Notes under the pieces: generated by a model
What the model was told of the DNA's origin: nothing
What the model saw: the letters and a program-made list of their open reading frames with translations, nothing else
Database searches by the model: none
Translations under genes and position numbers: made by a program
Shown: positions 34,628 through 44,268 of the stretch, in pieces
How the letters are laid out: each line of letters begins with the position of its first letter
How positions within the stretch are numbered: the first letter of the stretch is position 1
Assembly (NCBI GenBank): GCA_051531975.1
Contig: JAOPTT010000009.1
Coordinates: 320,001-384,000 of the forward strand
From: Spirochaetaceae bacterium
Lineage (GTDB): Bacteria > Spirochaetota > Spirochaetia > DSM-2461
Direction of reading: 5' to 3'
DNA length: 64,000 nt

Positions 34628-35926
34628 TTAATTTCTTATTTTATCTGCAGCATCTTTTAATGCTTGTGCTGGGGTTTTAGATTGATCACCTAAAGCTTGG
34701 AACATAACATCGTGTTTTATTAAATCCGAAAGTTCTGGTAAGTCAGATGTAATTGTTACAGGATTTATTTCGTCTTTTACTTCTAAAAGAATGCTAAAAA
34801 TATCATCATTTTGAAAGTATTTAGTAAATTTATTTTCTGCTTTTAAAGCTTCATCATTCCATACGGACCATCTTGGAGGATCAAATCCAAGAACAGACCA
34901 AAGTTCAATATTACTTTCCTCTGTTAATTTAGCAAAAGCTAGGAAGTCTTTAGTAATTTGTACATCTTCTGCTTGTTTTGTAACAACTGTAGCTGTTCCA
35001 CCCATACCAGCAGATCGTTTTCCACCTTTCTCCCAACTTGGAAGAGGTTTAATAACAATTTTACCTTCTAGTTCTGGCATGTAATCTGTAAATCGACCCA
35101 TGTACCACATTGGCATAAGTATTGAAGCATAATCTCCAGCGTTCATAGCACCATAATATTCCTCTGAATGATGAAATCCACCAGGCGCTGCTTCAGCAAT
35201 TTTGTTTTTATATATCATATCGTGTAAAAACTCTAAAGTACTGATATTCACACTATTATCTAATGCAACACTTCCATCGGTGTTGAAAAAGTCGGAATTA
35301 CGCTGAGAAATCATTGGCCAGAAAGTCCATTGATCAGTTGTCTCTACAGTTGTCATTAGTTTGCCAGTTACTGACTTAACTTTTGCCCCTGCAACTACAT
35401 AATCATCCCATGTTTCTATATCATCTACATTAACGCCGGCAGCAGTTAACAATTCAACATTGTAATACATCACAGCTGCACCTACATGAAATGGAAGTCC
35501 ATAATAGTTATTATCTTTTGAGTAGATTTGATATCTAGATAGAACTAATTCATCTGCAACCGGATCAATATAGTCATTTAGTGCTTCTAACTGGACTTGC
35601 CCTTTTAAATAATTGGGGAATTTACTAATCTCTATATCTGCTAATGCAGGGGCACCTACACCTGATTGCAATGCAATCAATAGTTTATTATGCATATCAT
35701 CGTATGGAAATGTTTCTGCCATCAATTCTATTTGTCTATCAGGATTTTCAATGTTCCATCTTTCTGCAGCAGCTTCATAAAATTGCTGATGTAATTCATT
35801 AAAAGTCCAAAATGTTACCTCTTGTGCTCCAGTTGCACTAGTACTTTCTTTTTGACCATTACCAAACATAGTAGTTGATAAAAGTAATAATAAAAAAATT
35901 ATTACTAATTGTTTCAAGTTGTTCAT
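34628..35926 (-). CDS. araN: Arabino-oligosaccharide-binding protein
   Basis: 'FWTFNELH', 'PYDDMHNKLLIALQSGVGAP', 'MPMWYM', 'SAGMGGT', 'LGFDP'. Confidence 0.88.
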   Translation of the reverse strand: MNNLKQLVIIFLLLLLSTTMFGNGQKESTSATGAQEVTFWTFNELHQQFYEAAAERWNIENPDRQIELMAETFPYDDMHNKLLIALQSGVGAPALADIEISKFPNYLKGQVQLEALNDYIDPVADELVLSRYQIYSKDNNYYGLPFHVGAAVMYYNVELLTAAGVNVDDIETWDDYVVAGAKVKSVTGKLMTTVETTDQWTFWPMISQRNSDFFNTDGSVALDNSVNISTLEFLHDMIYKNKIAEAAPGGFHHSEEYYGAMNAGDYASILMPMWYMGRFTDYMPELEGKIVIKPLPSWEKGGKRSAGMGGTATVVTKQAEDVQITKDFLAFAKLTEESNIELWSVLGFDPPRWSVWNDEALKAENKFTKYFQNDDIFSILLEVKDEINPVTITSDLPELSDLIKHDVMFQALGDQSKTPAQALKDAADKIRN

Positions 35927-35951
35927 AACTTCTCCTTAAAATTGGTATGCA

Positions 35952-36132
35952 TATCACATATTCGGGTATGTATCATATATTATGATCATAAAAAGAATGT
36001 GTCAAGCTAAATTAGTTGCAAGAAGGTGTTTTAAGATGTTTATGGTTGGAATTATGTATATTTAGGCTTTTTGTATATCATGAAATATGATATGGTGTGG
36101 TTAGTTATAGTATGTTATCATAATAACTAATA
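35952..36132. promoter_or_regulatory. araN promoter and repeated TATCA-N7-TGATA-like operators
   Basis: Minus-strand TTGACA(36005)-17-TAATAT. Boxes: TATCAcatattcGGGTA (35952), TATCAtatattaTGATC (35971), TATCAtgaaataTGATA (36076), TATCAtaataacTAATA (36116). Confidence 0.65.
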
Positions 36133-36158
36133 TGGTATACTTTTTAAGTGAGGGAATC

Positions 36159-37076
36159 ATGAAAGGTAAAATAATGCTTATCGATCCTATTAAGGATCTA
36201 AATATAATTAAAGGCTTAGGTTCTGAAATTAGAATAAAAATTCTTAATGAACTAAGACATGGAGAACAGAATATAAATGACCTAGCATCATTATTAGATC
36301 TACCACAATCAACAGTGGCAACCAATATTATCACTCTTGAAAAGGTCGGTCTTGTATCCTCTGAAATAAAAAAAGCAACAAAAGGAAATCAAAAAGTTTG
36401 TAAAAATAACTTTGATGAATATATTATCTCTTTTCAAGATGAAAAGAGTGTTGATAACGAGTCCATTGTTGTTGATATGCCAGTGGGTTTATTTATAGAA
36501 TATGATATATTAGCACCGTGTGGTATGTGTACATCACGAAAAATTGTAGGTTTTTTGGATACACCGGAATCATTTCTTGAACCAGAAAGAATTAGTGCTG
36601 GTCTTTTATGGTTTGAAAAAGGCTTTGTAAAATATCAATTCCCTAACAATTCAATAAATAAAAAAAAGAAAGTTAAAAAACTAGAAGTTATGGTAGAACT
36701 CTCATCAGAAATTCCTGGTACTAACGATAAATGGCTATCTGACATAACCCTTAATATAAATGAAAAAGAAGTAGGGACATGGACAAGTCCTGGAGATTTT
36801 GGAGACAAAAGAGGTAAATACACTCCAGAGTGGTGGAAACTAGAAGGATCACAATATGGCCTTTTAAAAACATGGACAATATCAGAAGAAGGCTCATTTG
36901 TTGATGGGAAGGCTATTTCAAACTTAACAATTGACGATTTAGAATTAGATCTGCATCACTCTATAAAAGTGAAATTCGAAGTAAAAGAAGATGCCGAGAA
37001 TGTTGGAGGTATTAATATCTTTGGAAAAGGTTTTGGTAATTATAACAATGATATTAAACTAATTTTATCATTTTAG
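36159..37076 (+). CDS. ArsR-type HTH regulator with large C-terminal domain (arabinan-locus associated)
   Basis: wHTH 'RIKILNEL…NINDLAS.LDLPQSTVATNI..LEKVGLV'; C-terminal 'PCG', 'WTSPGDFG..RG..TPEWW', 'GGINIFG..FGNY'. Confidence 0.85.
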   Translation: MKGKIMLIDPIKDLNIIKGLGSEIRIKILNELRHGEQNINDLASLLDLPQSTVATNIITLEKVGLVSSEIKKATKGNQKVCKNNFDEYIISFQDEKSVDNESIVVDMPVGLFIEYDILAPCGMCTSRKIVGFLDTPESFLEPERISAGLLWFEKGFVKYQFPNNSINKKKKVKKLEVMVELSSEIPGTNDKWLSDITLNINEKEVGTWTSPGDFGDKRGKYTPEWWKLEGSQYGLLKTWTISEEGSFVDGKAISNLTIDDLELDLHHSIKVKFEVKEDAENVGGINIFGKGFGNYNNDIKLILSF

Positions 37077-37085
37077 GAGACGGAT

Positions 37086-38420
37086 TTGAACTTAATACAC
37101 ATATATAAAGACTTTGCAGACTCTACTAAATATCTTTTTGTATGTAACAACTTATATGCAAATATGTTAACAAATTTTAAAGATTTTATTTCAGACAGAT
37201 CTATCTTCATAATTAATGATGAAAATACTAAGGTTGCTGCAGGTAATGAATTTATAGAGTTTTGTAAAAAAAACAGTATAAAAGTAAACTCAGAATATAC
37301 TTTCAAAAATATCCCTGAACTTGATGCTTCATATAAAAATGTCGAAATTTTAAAGGAATCCTTATCTAAAACAGATTCCATACCAATAGCAATTGGTAGT
37401 GGAACAATAAATGATTTAGTAAAACGTGCATCATTTGAATTGAATAGAAAATATGGAATTATAGCTACTGCGGCCTCAGTTGACGGGTATGCCTCAGATG
37501 GTGCAGCTATTTTATATAACGGTTTAAAGCAGACTATGCCATGTCCAGCTCCAGAATTTATAGCTGCAGATCCAAAAGTTTTAATAGATGCTCCTATAGA
37601 ATCTAGCTCTTCTGGTTATGCAGATCTTTTAGCTAAGAACCCTGCAGGAGCCGATTGGATTCTAGCAGATATAGTAGGTCTTGATAAAATAAATAGATCA
37701 GCATGGAATCTGATTCAGAAAGATCTGCTAAAGTGGACGACAAACCCAGAGAGGTTAGCTCAAAAAGATGAAGTCATTATTTCAGACCTTATGACAGGAT
37801 TAACCGTTTCTGGTTTTGCAATGCAATTAATGAAAAGATCTAGACCAGTCTCAGGAGCAGAGCATCTTATGTCCCATGTATGGGAGATGGAAAATTTAAT
37901 GTTTAATAACAAACATGTTTCCCACGGTTTTAAAGTTGCTATTGGCTCACTTTCGAGCGTTGCTTTAATGGAAACTATCTTAAATATAAATATATATGAT
38001 TTTGATATAGATAGTGTTATAAAAAACTGGCCTACTTGGGATGTTAGAAAACAAGAGATAATTGATGATTTTTCAGATTTAAATGATATTGAAAATCTAC
38101 TCACTATTAACAAAGAAAAGTATATAAAAAAGGACCAACTATATAAGAGACTTCTGGATATAGTAAATAACTGGGAACATATAAAGTTTGAAGTTAATAA
38201 ACATCTACTACCGTATAAAGAGTTAAAATATAGATTGTTTAAAGCTGGTTGCCCAACTTTACCACAAGATATTGGGTTAACAAAAAGTCACATATTAAGA
38301 ACTTATAAAAAAGCAGGTATGTTAAGAAATAGGTATACGATATTAGACTTTGTTTATGAAATGGGTTTAATGGATAACTGTTTAGAATCTATTTCAAAGT
38401 CAGATATCTATCTAAACTAA
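37086..38420 (+). CDS. araM: sn-glycerol-1-phosphate dehydrogenase (AraM/EgsA family)
   Basis: 'AIGSGTINDL', 'TAASVDGY', 'ADW', 'SRPVSGAEH..SH', 'HG.KV'; TTG start after AGGAG. Confidence 0.88.
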   Translation: MNLIHIYKDFADSTKYLFVCNNLYANMLTNFKDFISDRSIFIINDENTKVAAGNEFIEFCKKNSIKVNSEYTFKNIPELDASYKNVEILKESLSKTDSIPIAIGSGTINDLVKRASFELNRKYGIIATAASVDGYASDGAAILYNGLKQTMPCPAPEFIAADPKVLIDAPIESSSSGYADLLAKNPAGADWILADIVGLDKINRSAWNLIQKDLLKWTTNPERLAQKDEVIISDLMTGLTVSGFAMQLMKRSRPVSGAEHLMSHVWEMENLMFNNKHVSHGFKVAIGSLSSVALMETILNINIYDFDIDSVIKNWPTWDVRKQEIIDDFSDLNDIENLLTINKEKYIKKDQLYKRLLDIVNNWEHIKFEVNKHLLPYKELKYRLFKAGCPTLPQDIGLTKSHILRTYKKAGMLRNRYTILDFVYEMGLMDNCLESISKSDIYLN

Positions 38421-40240
38421 TTAGTATTACAAGGTATTAGGATTTTAAAACGACAACCTCCCTCTGGCCTATTACTAGCATAAATTTCACCACTGTATTT
38501 TTTAATAATTCCATAAATTACAGATAGACCAAGTCCCATATTGTGTTCATTTTTTTTCTTTGTTGAGAAGAAAGGTAAAAATATATCCTTTGAATACTTT
38601 TCATCTATACCTGTTCCACTATCGTCTATAATTATACATGCATTATTATCCTCTATATCTGTGTGTATATTTATAGTTCCCCCATTTGGCATTGCTTCAA
38701 AACTATTTTTCATTAAATTAAGAAAGACCTGTTTCATCTCATTTCGGCTACTATGAATAAAAAGCTCATCTACAGCTTTATTAAATATTATTTTAATTTT
38801 TTTATGTTTTGCATTAAACCTAATTAAATTAATCAGACTCACAATAAGATCATTAAGATCATAATATTCTAGGGATGAATTGTTGTTATCTGAAAATGAG
38901 ATCAGATTACTCACAATAACTTTAATATCGTGTAATTCCTCTTCTATTTCAGAAATAATTTCCCGGTGTTCTTTGTTTTTTGTACCCATGTTCAGATAAT
39001 TCAGATGGTTATATATTATTTCTAGGGGGTTATTAATTTCATGAGCTACACCAGCTGCTAATAACCCAACAGAAGCTAATTTTTCAGATAAGTTAATCTG
39101 TTCTCTCAATTTTTCTTGTTCAGAAATATCTTCAAATATAATTATATTTCCAATTAAAAATGCACCATCGTATATAGGGAAGGTCTTAAAGTTTATTATC
39201 TTCATCTCTTCTAATAGAGTAAAAGGAATATTATAACCAGAGGACTCTTTTTTACCTATAAATGCATTGTGTAAATCATTTAAAAGGGTTGTGTTTTTTG
39301 AATCTAATAATACTTCTAAATTCTTCCCTCTTAAGTTTTGTCCGCTAATATTAAAAAACTTTTTTGCTGTTTGATTTATTAGTTTTATATTATTTGCATC
39401 ATCTGTAACTATTAGATTTGTTGGAAGTTGTTGTAATATAGCTTCATTATATTTTAGTAGTTGATAAAACTCTTTACTGGTATTTGTTAACTCTTCATCA
39501 CTATTTAACTGAGAATGGCATAATTTAATCAAATTTAATCGATCTATATTATTAACCGAGTCTGTAATAAAAATTTGACCACTTCTTAATATAGAAAAAG
39601 TATGGGCAAAGTTATAGATATCATCTATTTTATGGGATAGACAAAGTATAGACATGTTATCTTTGATTTCATTTTTTAAAAGAGAGGTGATTTTTTTTAA
39701 ATCTGTACCGGATAATTTCTCAAGAGACTCATCCAAAATTAGTAATTTTGGTCTCCTAATTAGTGCTCTAATAATATTTATCACTATTTTTTCTGATAAA
39801 TATAGGTCTTTATACAGTCTGGTTGGATCTAAATCTATCCCATACTCTAAAAGAATCTTTTTCGATTCACTTAACATCCCGCTTTTATTAAGTTTAATGT
39901 TGTTCATAAAATTACATGGAGTAAAAAGATTTTCTGCAATTGTAAAGTTATCTATTAAGAAAATGTCCTGATGAACAGTCTGAATACCTAAAGATTGAGC
40001 CTTGGAAATTGATAAAGCATTTAACTTATTCCCAAAAAATATCATTTCACCACTGTTTACAGGTGAATTCCCAGATAAAATCTCCCCTATATATGTTTTC
40101 CCTGAATCGTGGTCTCCAACTATTGCATGTATTTCTCTAGGATATAGGTCTAGGGATAGGTTTTTTATAACATTGTGACTATCCACTATAAGTTCTATAT
40201 TGTCCAACTGTATAATTGGCTTTAATTTATGATATTCCAT
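38417..40240 (-). CDS. Soluble histidine kinase with N-terminal sugar-ABC ATPase-like domain and PAS domain
   Basis: N-term 'EIHAIVGDHDSGKT', 'VHQD', 'TIAENL', 'LLILDE', 'LSHKIDDI', 'ILRSG'. PAS 'ILQQLPTNLIVTD...INQTA'. H-box 'AAGVAHEINNPL', N-box 'QVFLNLMKNS', G1 'DSGTGI', F 'PFFSTK', G2 'GLGLSV'. No TM segment. Confidence 0.92.
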   Translation of the reverse strand: MEYHKLKPIIQLDNIELIVDSHNVIKNLSLDLYPREIHAIVGDHDSGKTYIGEILSGNSPVNSGEMIFFGNKLNALSISKAQSLGIQTVHQDIFLIDNFTIAENLFTPCNFMNNIKLNKSGMLSESKKILLEYGIDLDPTRLYKDLYLSEKIVINIIRALIRRPKLLILDESLEKLSGTDLKKITSLLKNEIKDNMSILCLSHKIDDIYNFAHTFSILRSGQIFITDSVNNIDRLNLIKLCHSQLNSDEELTNTSKEFYQLLKYNEAILQQLPTNLIVTDDANNIKLINQTAKKFFNISGQNLRGKNLEVLLDSKNTTLLNDLHNAFIGKKESSGYNIPFTLLEEMKIINFKTFPIYDGAFLIGNIIIFEDISEQEKLREQINLSEKLASVGLLAAGVAHEINNPLEIIYNHLNYLNMGTKNKEHREIISEIEEELHDIKVIVSNLISFSDNNNSSLEYYDLNDLIVSLINLIRFNAKHKKIKIIFNKAVDELFIHSSRNEMKQVFLNLMKNSFEAMPNGGTINIHTDIEDNNACIIIDDSGTGIDEKYSKDIFLPFFSTKKKNEHNMGLGLSVIYGIIKKYSGEIYASNRPEGGCRFKILIPCNTN

Positions 40241-41555
40241 ATTTTTCCAACTTATTATACAAGGTTTTTCTACTAATTTTTAATATTTCAGAAGTTCGTT
40301 TTTTATTATTACCAGTCTTTTGTAAAGTTTTAATTATCAGATTTTTTTCGTTATCTTTTATAATATCAAAGCTGTTTGTAAATTCTTTTTTTCCTAGAAA
40401 AGAGGGTGGTAGTTCATTTAGATCAATAATAGAGTTTGTGCAAATTGCGGCAGCATAGTTGACTATATTTTTTAGTTCCCTAATATTCCCTCTCCAATCA
40501 TTTTCCATCATTGATGATAAAAAGTCATATGTGTATTTTAGCTCTGTAGTACCATTATCTTTTTTAAATTGCTCTAGAAAATGATCTACTAATAGTGGAA
40601 TATCATCTTTTCTCTCCCTTAAGGGAGGTATATATAAAGTTGCAGTGGATAATCTATAATATAGATCTTCTCTAAACTGATTTTTCTTAATTAATTCTTT
40701 TAAGTCCTTATTTGTTGAGGCTATAAATCTAACGTCAATTATTGTCGTTGTTTCAGAACCGATTGGGCGTATTTCACTATTTTGAAGAGTTCTTAATATT
40801 TTAGCCTGGGTTTGTAGAGACATATCTCCTATTTCGTCTAATAACAGGGTTCCACCATTTGCTTTCTCAAAGACCCCTTTATATTTGTTATGAGCCCCAG
40901 TATAAGCACCTTTTTCATGACCAAAAAGTTCATTGTCTAATAAGTTTTCTGGGAACGCTGAACAATTTATTTTAATGATTTTTTGTCCACTTCGTAAGGA
41001 GTTATTATGAATGTATTCGGCTAACCCTTCCTTGCCTGTTCCACTTTCCCCTTGTATTAAAATTGGGAAATCCGTAGTAGATAACTTTTTTGCTTTTAAT
41101 AAAATATCTGTAATTAATTGATTTTCACTTATAATTTGAGGAGACAGGACTTTTACTTTCTGCTTAAGGTTACTATTCTCTATATTAAGTAACCTCATCT
41201 TAGAAGCATTTTCTACAATAATTAATAATTTATTAAACTCTAATGGCTTTTGGATAAAGTCAAATGCACCTAACTTAATAGCTTCCACTGCTATCTCTAT
41301 AGTTCCAAAACCGGTAATCATAATTACTGGAAGATGAAAATCATAATCTTTTATCTGTTTAAGAAGTTCAATACCATCTTCATCACCTAGTGCAACATCT
41401 AATAAAACAACATCGGGATGACTATTTTTTAATTCAATTAGACTTTCTTCACTATTTGTTTTATATGAAACACTGTACCCTATGTGTTCAAAATTTCTAC
41501 AAAGACTTTTACATAGTTTGATATTATCATCTATTATTAAAATTGACTTTTTCAA
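40227..41555 (-). CDS. sigma54-dependent NtrC/AtoC-family response regulator
   Basis: REC 'ILIIDD…LLDV…MITG…FIQKP', AAA+ 'GESGTGKE', 'FGHEKGAYTGA', 'LDEIG', 'FREDLYYRL', 'WRGNIREL', Fis HTH 'ISRKTLYNKL'. Likely TTG start 41555. Confidence 0.95.
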   Translation of the reverse strand: MKKSILIIDDNIKLCKSLCRNFEHIGYSVSYKTNSEESLIELKNSHPDVVLLDVALGDEDGIELLKQIKDYDFHLPVIMITGFGTIEIAVEAIKLGAFDFIQKPLEFNKLLIIVENASKMRLLNIENSNLKQKVKVLSPQIISENQLITDILLKAKKLSTTDFPILIQGESGTGKEGLAEYIHNNSLRSGQKIIKINCSAFPENLLDNELFGHEKGAYTGAHNKYKGVFEKANGGTLLLDEIGDMSLQTQAKILRTLQNSEIRPIGSETTTIIDVRFIASTNKDLKELIKKNQFREDLYYRLSTATLYIPPLRERKDDIPLLVDHFLEQFKKDNGTTELKYTYDFLSSMMENDWRGNIRELKNIVNYAAAICTNSIIDLNELPPSFLGKKEFTNSFDIIKDNEKNLIIKTLQKTGNNKKRTSEILKISRKTLYNKLEKYGIS

Positions 41556-41558
41556 AGT

Positions 41559-41610
41559 TGTTACCTTTTTACACATAAGGACTGTGTACCTATGTGTAAA
41601 ATTTATACAC
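41559..41610. promoter_or_regulatory. Candidate upstream activator sites for the sigma54 regulator
   Basis: Two TGT-N11-ACA dyads: TGTTACCTTTTTACACA (41559) and TGTGTAAAATTTATACAC (41593), about 95-145 bp upstream of the -24 box. Confidence 0.55.
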
Positions 41611-41703
41611 CCACCCAGAGTATCTGTCAAATAAAATATAGTAAAAACGTTAAAACCGGTATATATTGGTGTTTCAGGTATCTTTTAGTATTATTTACAA
41701 TTT

Positions 41704-41719
41704 TGGCACAGCAATTGCA
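41704..41719 (+). promoter_or_regulatory. sigma54 (-24/-12) promoter of ytfQRT-yjfF
   Basis: TGGCAC-agcaa-TTGCA, exact consensus with GG-N10-GC spacing. Confidence 0.9.
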
Positions 41720-41755
41720 TTTAGGTAGACAAACAATATTTCAAAGGGGAATAAA

Positions 41756-42721
41756 ATGAACAAAATGTTAAAAACATTAGCTACAGTGTTAATGGTGGTT
41801 ATGTGTCTACCAGGTCTTTTTGCTAGCAGTCAAAAAGAAGATGATGGGAAAATTGTAGTAGGTTTCTCACAAATTGGTTCCGAAAGTGCATGGAGAGTTG
41901 CAAATACTGAATCTATCACAAGTGAAGCGAAGAATAGACCAAACATTGATCTAAAGTTTTCTGATGCTCAACAGAAACAAGAAAATCAAATTAAAGCTTT
42001 ACGAACTTTTATTGCACAGGGTGTAGATGTAATAGCATTCTCTCCAGTTGTTGAGACAGGTTTTGAGTCTGTTTTAATAGAAGCAAAAGAAGCTGGGATT
42101 CCTGTAATTTTAACAGATAGAGCTGTTGATGTTAAAGATGATTCTCTGTGGGTTTCTTTTATGGGTTCTGACTTTGTTGAAGAAGGAAGAAAAGCTGCAA
42201 GATGGTTAATAGAAGAAGGTCATACAGATGTTAATATTGTTGAACTTCAAGGTACTGTTGGATCTGCTCCAGCAATAGACAGAAAAAACGGTTTTGAAGA
42301 AGTTATTAAAAGTGAACCTGGAATGAAGATTATTAAAACTCAAAGTGGTAGCTTTACAAGAACTGGTGGAAAAGAGGTTATGGAAGCTTTCTTAAAAGCT
42401 GAAGGTGATAATATCCAAGTTCTATATGCACACAATGACGATATGGCGATTGGTGCAATTCAAGCAATCGAAGAGTATGGTTTAATACCTGGCACTGACA
42501 TTATAATAATCTCTATTGATGCTGTAAGAGGCGCATTTGAAGCTATGGTTGATGGTAAATTAAACTGCACTGTAGAATGTAGTCCACTACTTGGACCTCA
42601 GTTATTTGATGCTGTTGAGGCGTTAATGAGAGGTGAAGAGATTCCTAAAAGAATTGTTACAGAGGAAAGTATTTATCCACAATCTGTTGCTGCAAGCACA
42701 ATTGATAGCAGACAGTACTAA
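41756..42721 (+). CDS. ytfQ: Sugar (galactofuranose-type) ABC binding protein
   Basis: 'VGFSQIGSESAWR.ANT', 'DAQQKQENQIKA', 'FSPVVETG', 'AHNDDMA', 'VECSP..GP'. Confidence 0.88.
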   Translation: MNKMLKTLATVLMVVMCLPGLFASSQKEDDGKIVVGFSQIGSESAWRVANTESITSEAKNRPNIDLKFSDAQQKQENQIKALRTFIAQGVDVIAFSPVVETGFESVLIEAKEAGIPVILTDRAVDVKDDSLWVSFMGSDFVEEGRKAARWLIEEGHTDVNIVELQGTVGSAPAIDRKNGFEEVIKSEPGMKIIKTQSGSFTRTGGKEVMEAFLKAEGDNIQVLYAHNDDMAIGAIQAIEEYGLIPGTDIIIISIDAVRGAFEAMVDGKLNCTVECSPLLGPQLFDAVEALMRGEEIPKRIVTEESIYPQSVAASTIDSRQY

Positions 42722-42735
42722 TAAAGGAGATATAA

Positions 42736-44268
42736 ATGCCTGATTCTAAAGCTGAACAACACCAGCTACTGGAAATCAGGGGTTTGAGTAAGAGCTTTCC
42801 AGGTGTGAAAGCTCTTCAATCTGTTGATTTCACCCTAAGGTCTGGAGAAATCCACGCCTTAATGGGTGAAAATGGAGCAGGTAAATCAACCCTGATAAAA
42901 GTACTGACTGGTTTACATAAAAGAGATAGTGGAACAATATTGATGAATGGACAACCATTTGAGTCTTCATCACCACTGGACGCATCACTAAAAGGAATAA
43001 GCACTGTATATCAGGAAGTCAACTTAGTACCAAACCTCTCTGTAGCAGAAAATATATATATTGGAAGACAGCCTACTAAAAGAGGTTTAGTTGATTGGAA
43101 AACAATGAATAACAAAGCCCAGGAAGCCTTAAAAAAACTGGATCTAGATATTGATGTTACAGAGCAGTTATCTTCCTACTCCATGGCAATTCAGCAGATG
43201 ATTGCGATTGCAAGATCTCTTGATATAGACGCTAAGATTTTAATACTGGATGAGCCAACATCAAGTCTAGATCAGGCTGAATGTAAGCAGTTATTCCTTA
43301 TTATGAATAAATTGAAAGTAAATGGCATGGGAATTATTTTCATAACTCATTTTCTTGATCAAGTTTATGAGAACTCAGACTATATTACAGTTTTAAAAAA
43401 TGGACAATTTGTAGGAGACTACCCTATAGAAGAATTACCTAAGATAAAACTTATTTCTAAAATGCTTGGTAAAGAAATTGAGGATATAGGTGATTTATCG
43501 ATCAAGCGTAAAACAACTTATAAAATCGATAGTAAAGAACTTATGAATCTAGAAAATATTGAGCGTAAAGGCGTTTTACATAAACTGAGTATGGATATTA
43601 AAGATGGAGAAATACTTGGACTTGCAGGACTATTAGGTTCTGGTCGAACTGAACTTGCAAAAATACTGTTTGGTATTGATAAACATACAAGTGGATATAT
43701 CAATATCAACGGAAACAAAGTACATCTAAACTCACCAAAAGCTGCAATATCAAACTCAATAGCTTTTTGTCCTGAAGATAGAAAAACAGAAGGGATAATA
43801 CCGGATCTGAGTGTTAGAGAAAATATTGTTCTCGCTCTCCAGGCAAGATATGGAGTTTTTAAAAGTTTATCAAAATATGATCAAGACGGAATTTGCAATA
43901 AATATGTTAAGCTTCTTAAAATTAAAGTATCTGGTTTAGAACAGAAAGCGGGGACTCTAAGCGGGGGGAATCAACAAAAATTAATTTTGGCCAGATGGTT
44001 AGCAATGGATCCAAAACTATTAATCCTGGATGAACCAACTAGGGGCATCGATGTAGGAGCAAAAGCTGAGATTGAAAAAATTATACATAAAATGAGTACT
44101 GAAAATAGATCTGTTCTGTTTATCTCTTCGGAACTAGAAGAGATTACAAGAATATGTTCAAGAGCAGTAATATTGAGAGATAGAAAAAAAATTGGAGAGT
44201 TATATGGTGATGATTTGTCAGCATCAAATATAATGAACCATATAGCTAAAGGAGTTCATCAGATATGA
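42736..44268 (+). CDS. ytfR: Sugar ABC ATPase (tandem NBD)
   Basis: 'GENGAGKST', 'ISTVYQEVNL', 'LDEPTSSLD', 'THFLDQVY', 'LSGGNQQK'. Confidence 0.9.
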   Translation: MPDSKAEQHQLLEIRGLSKSFPGVKALQSVDFTLRSGEIHALMGENGAGKSTLIKVLTGLHKRDSGTILMNGQPFESSSPLDASLKGISTVYQEVNLVPNLSVAENIYIGRQPTKRGLVDWKTMNNKAQEALKKLDLDIDVTEQLSSYSMAIQQMIAIARSLDIDAKILILDEPTSSLDQAECKQLFLIMNKLKVNGMGIIFITHFLDQVYENSDYITVLKNGQFVGDYPIEELPKIKLISKMLGKEIEDIGDLSIKRKTTYKIDSKELMNLENIERKGVLHKLSMDIKDGEILGLAGLLGSGRTELAKILFGIDKHTSGYININGNKVHLNSPKAAISNSIAFCPEDRKTEGIIPDLSVRENIVLALQARYGVFKSLSKYDQDGICNKYVKLLKIKVSGLEQKAGTLSGGNQQKLILARWLAMDPKLLILDEPTRGIDVGAKAEIEKIIHKMSTENRSVLFISSELEEITRICSRAVILRDRKKIGELYGDDLSASNIMNHIAKGVHQI

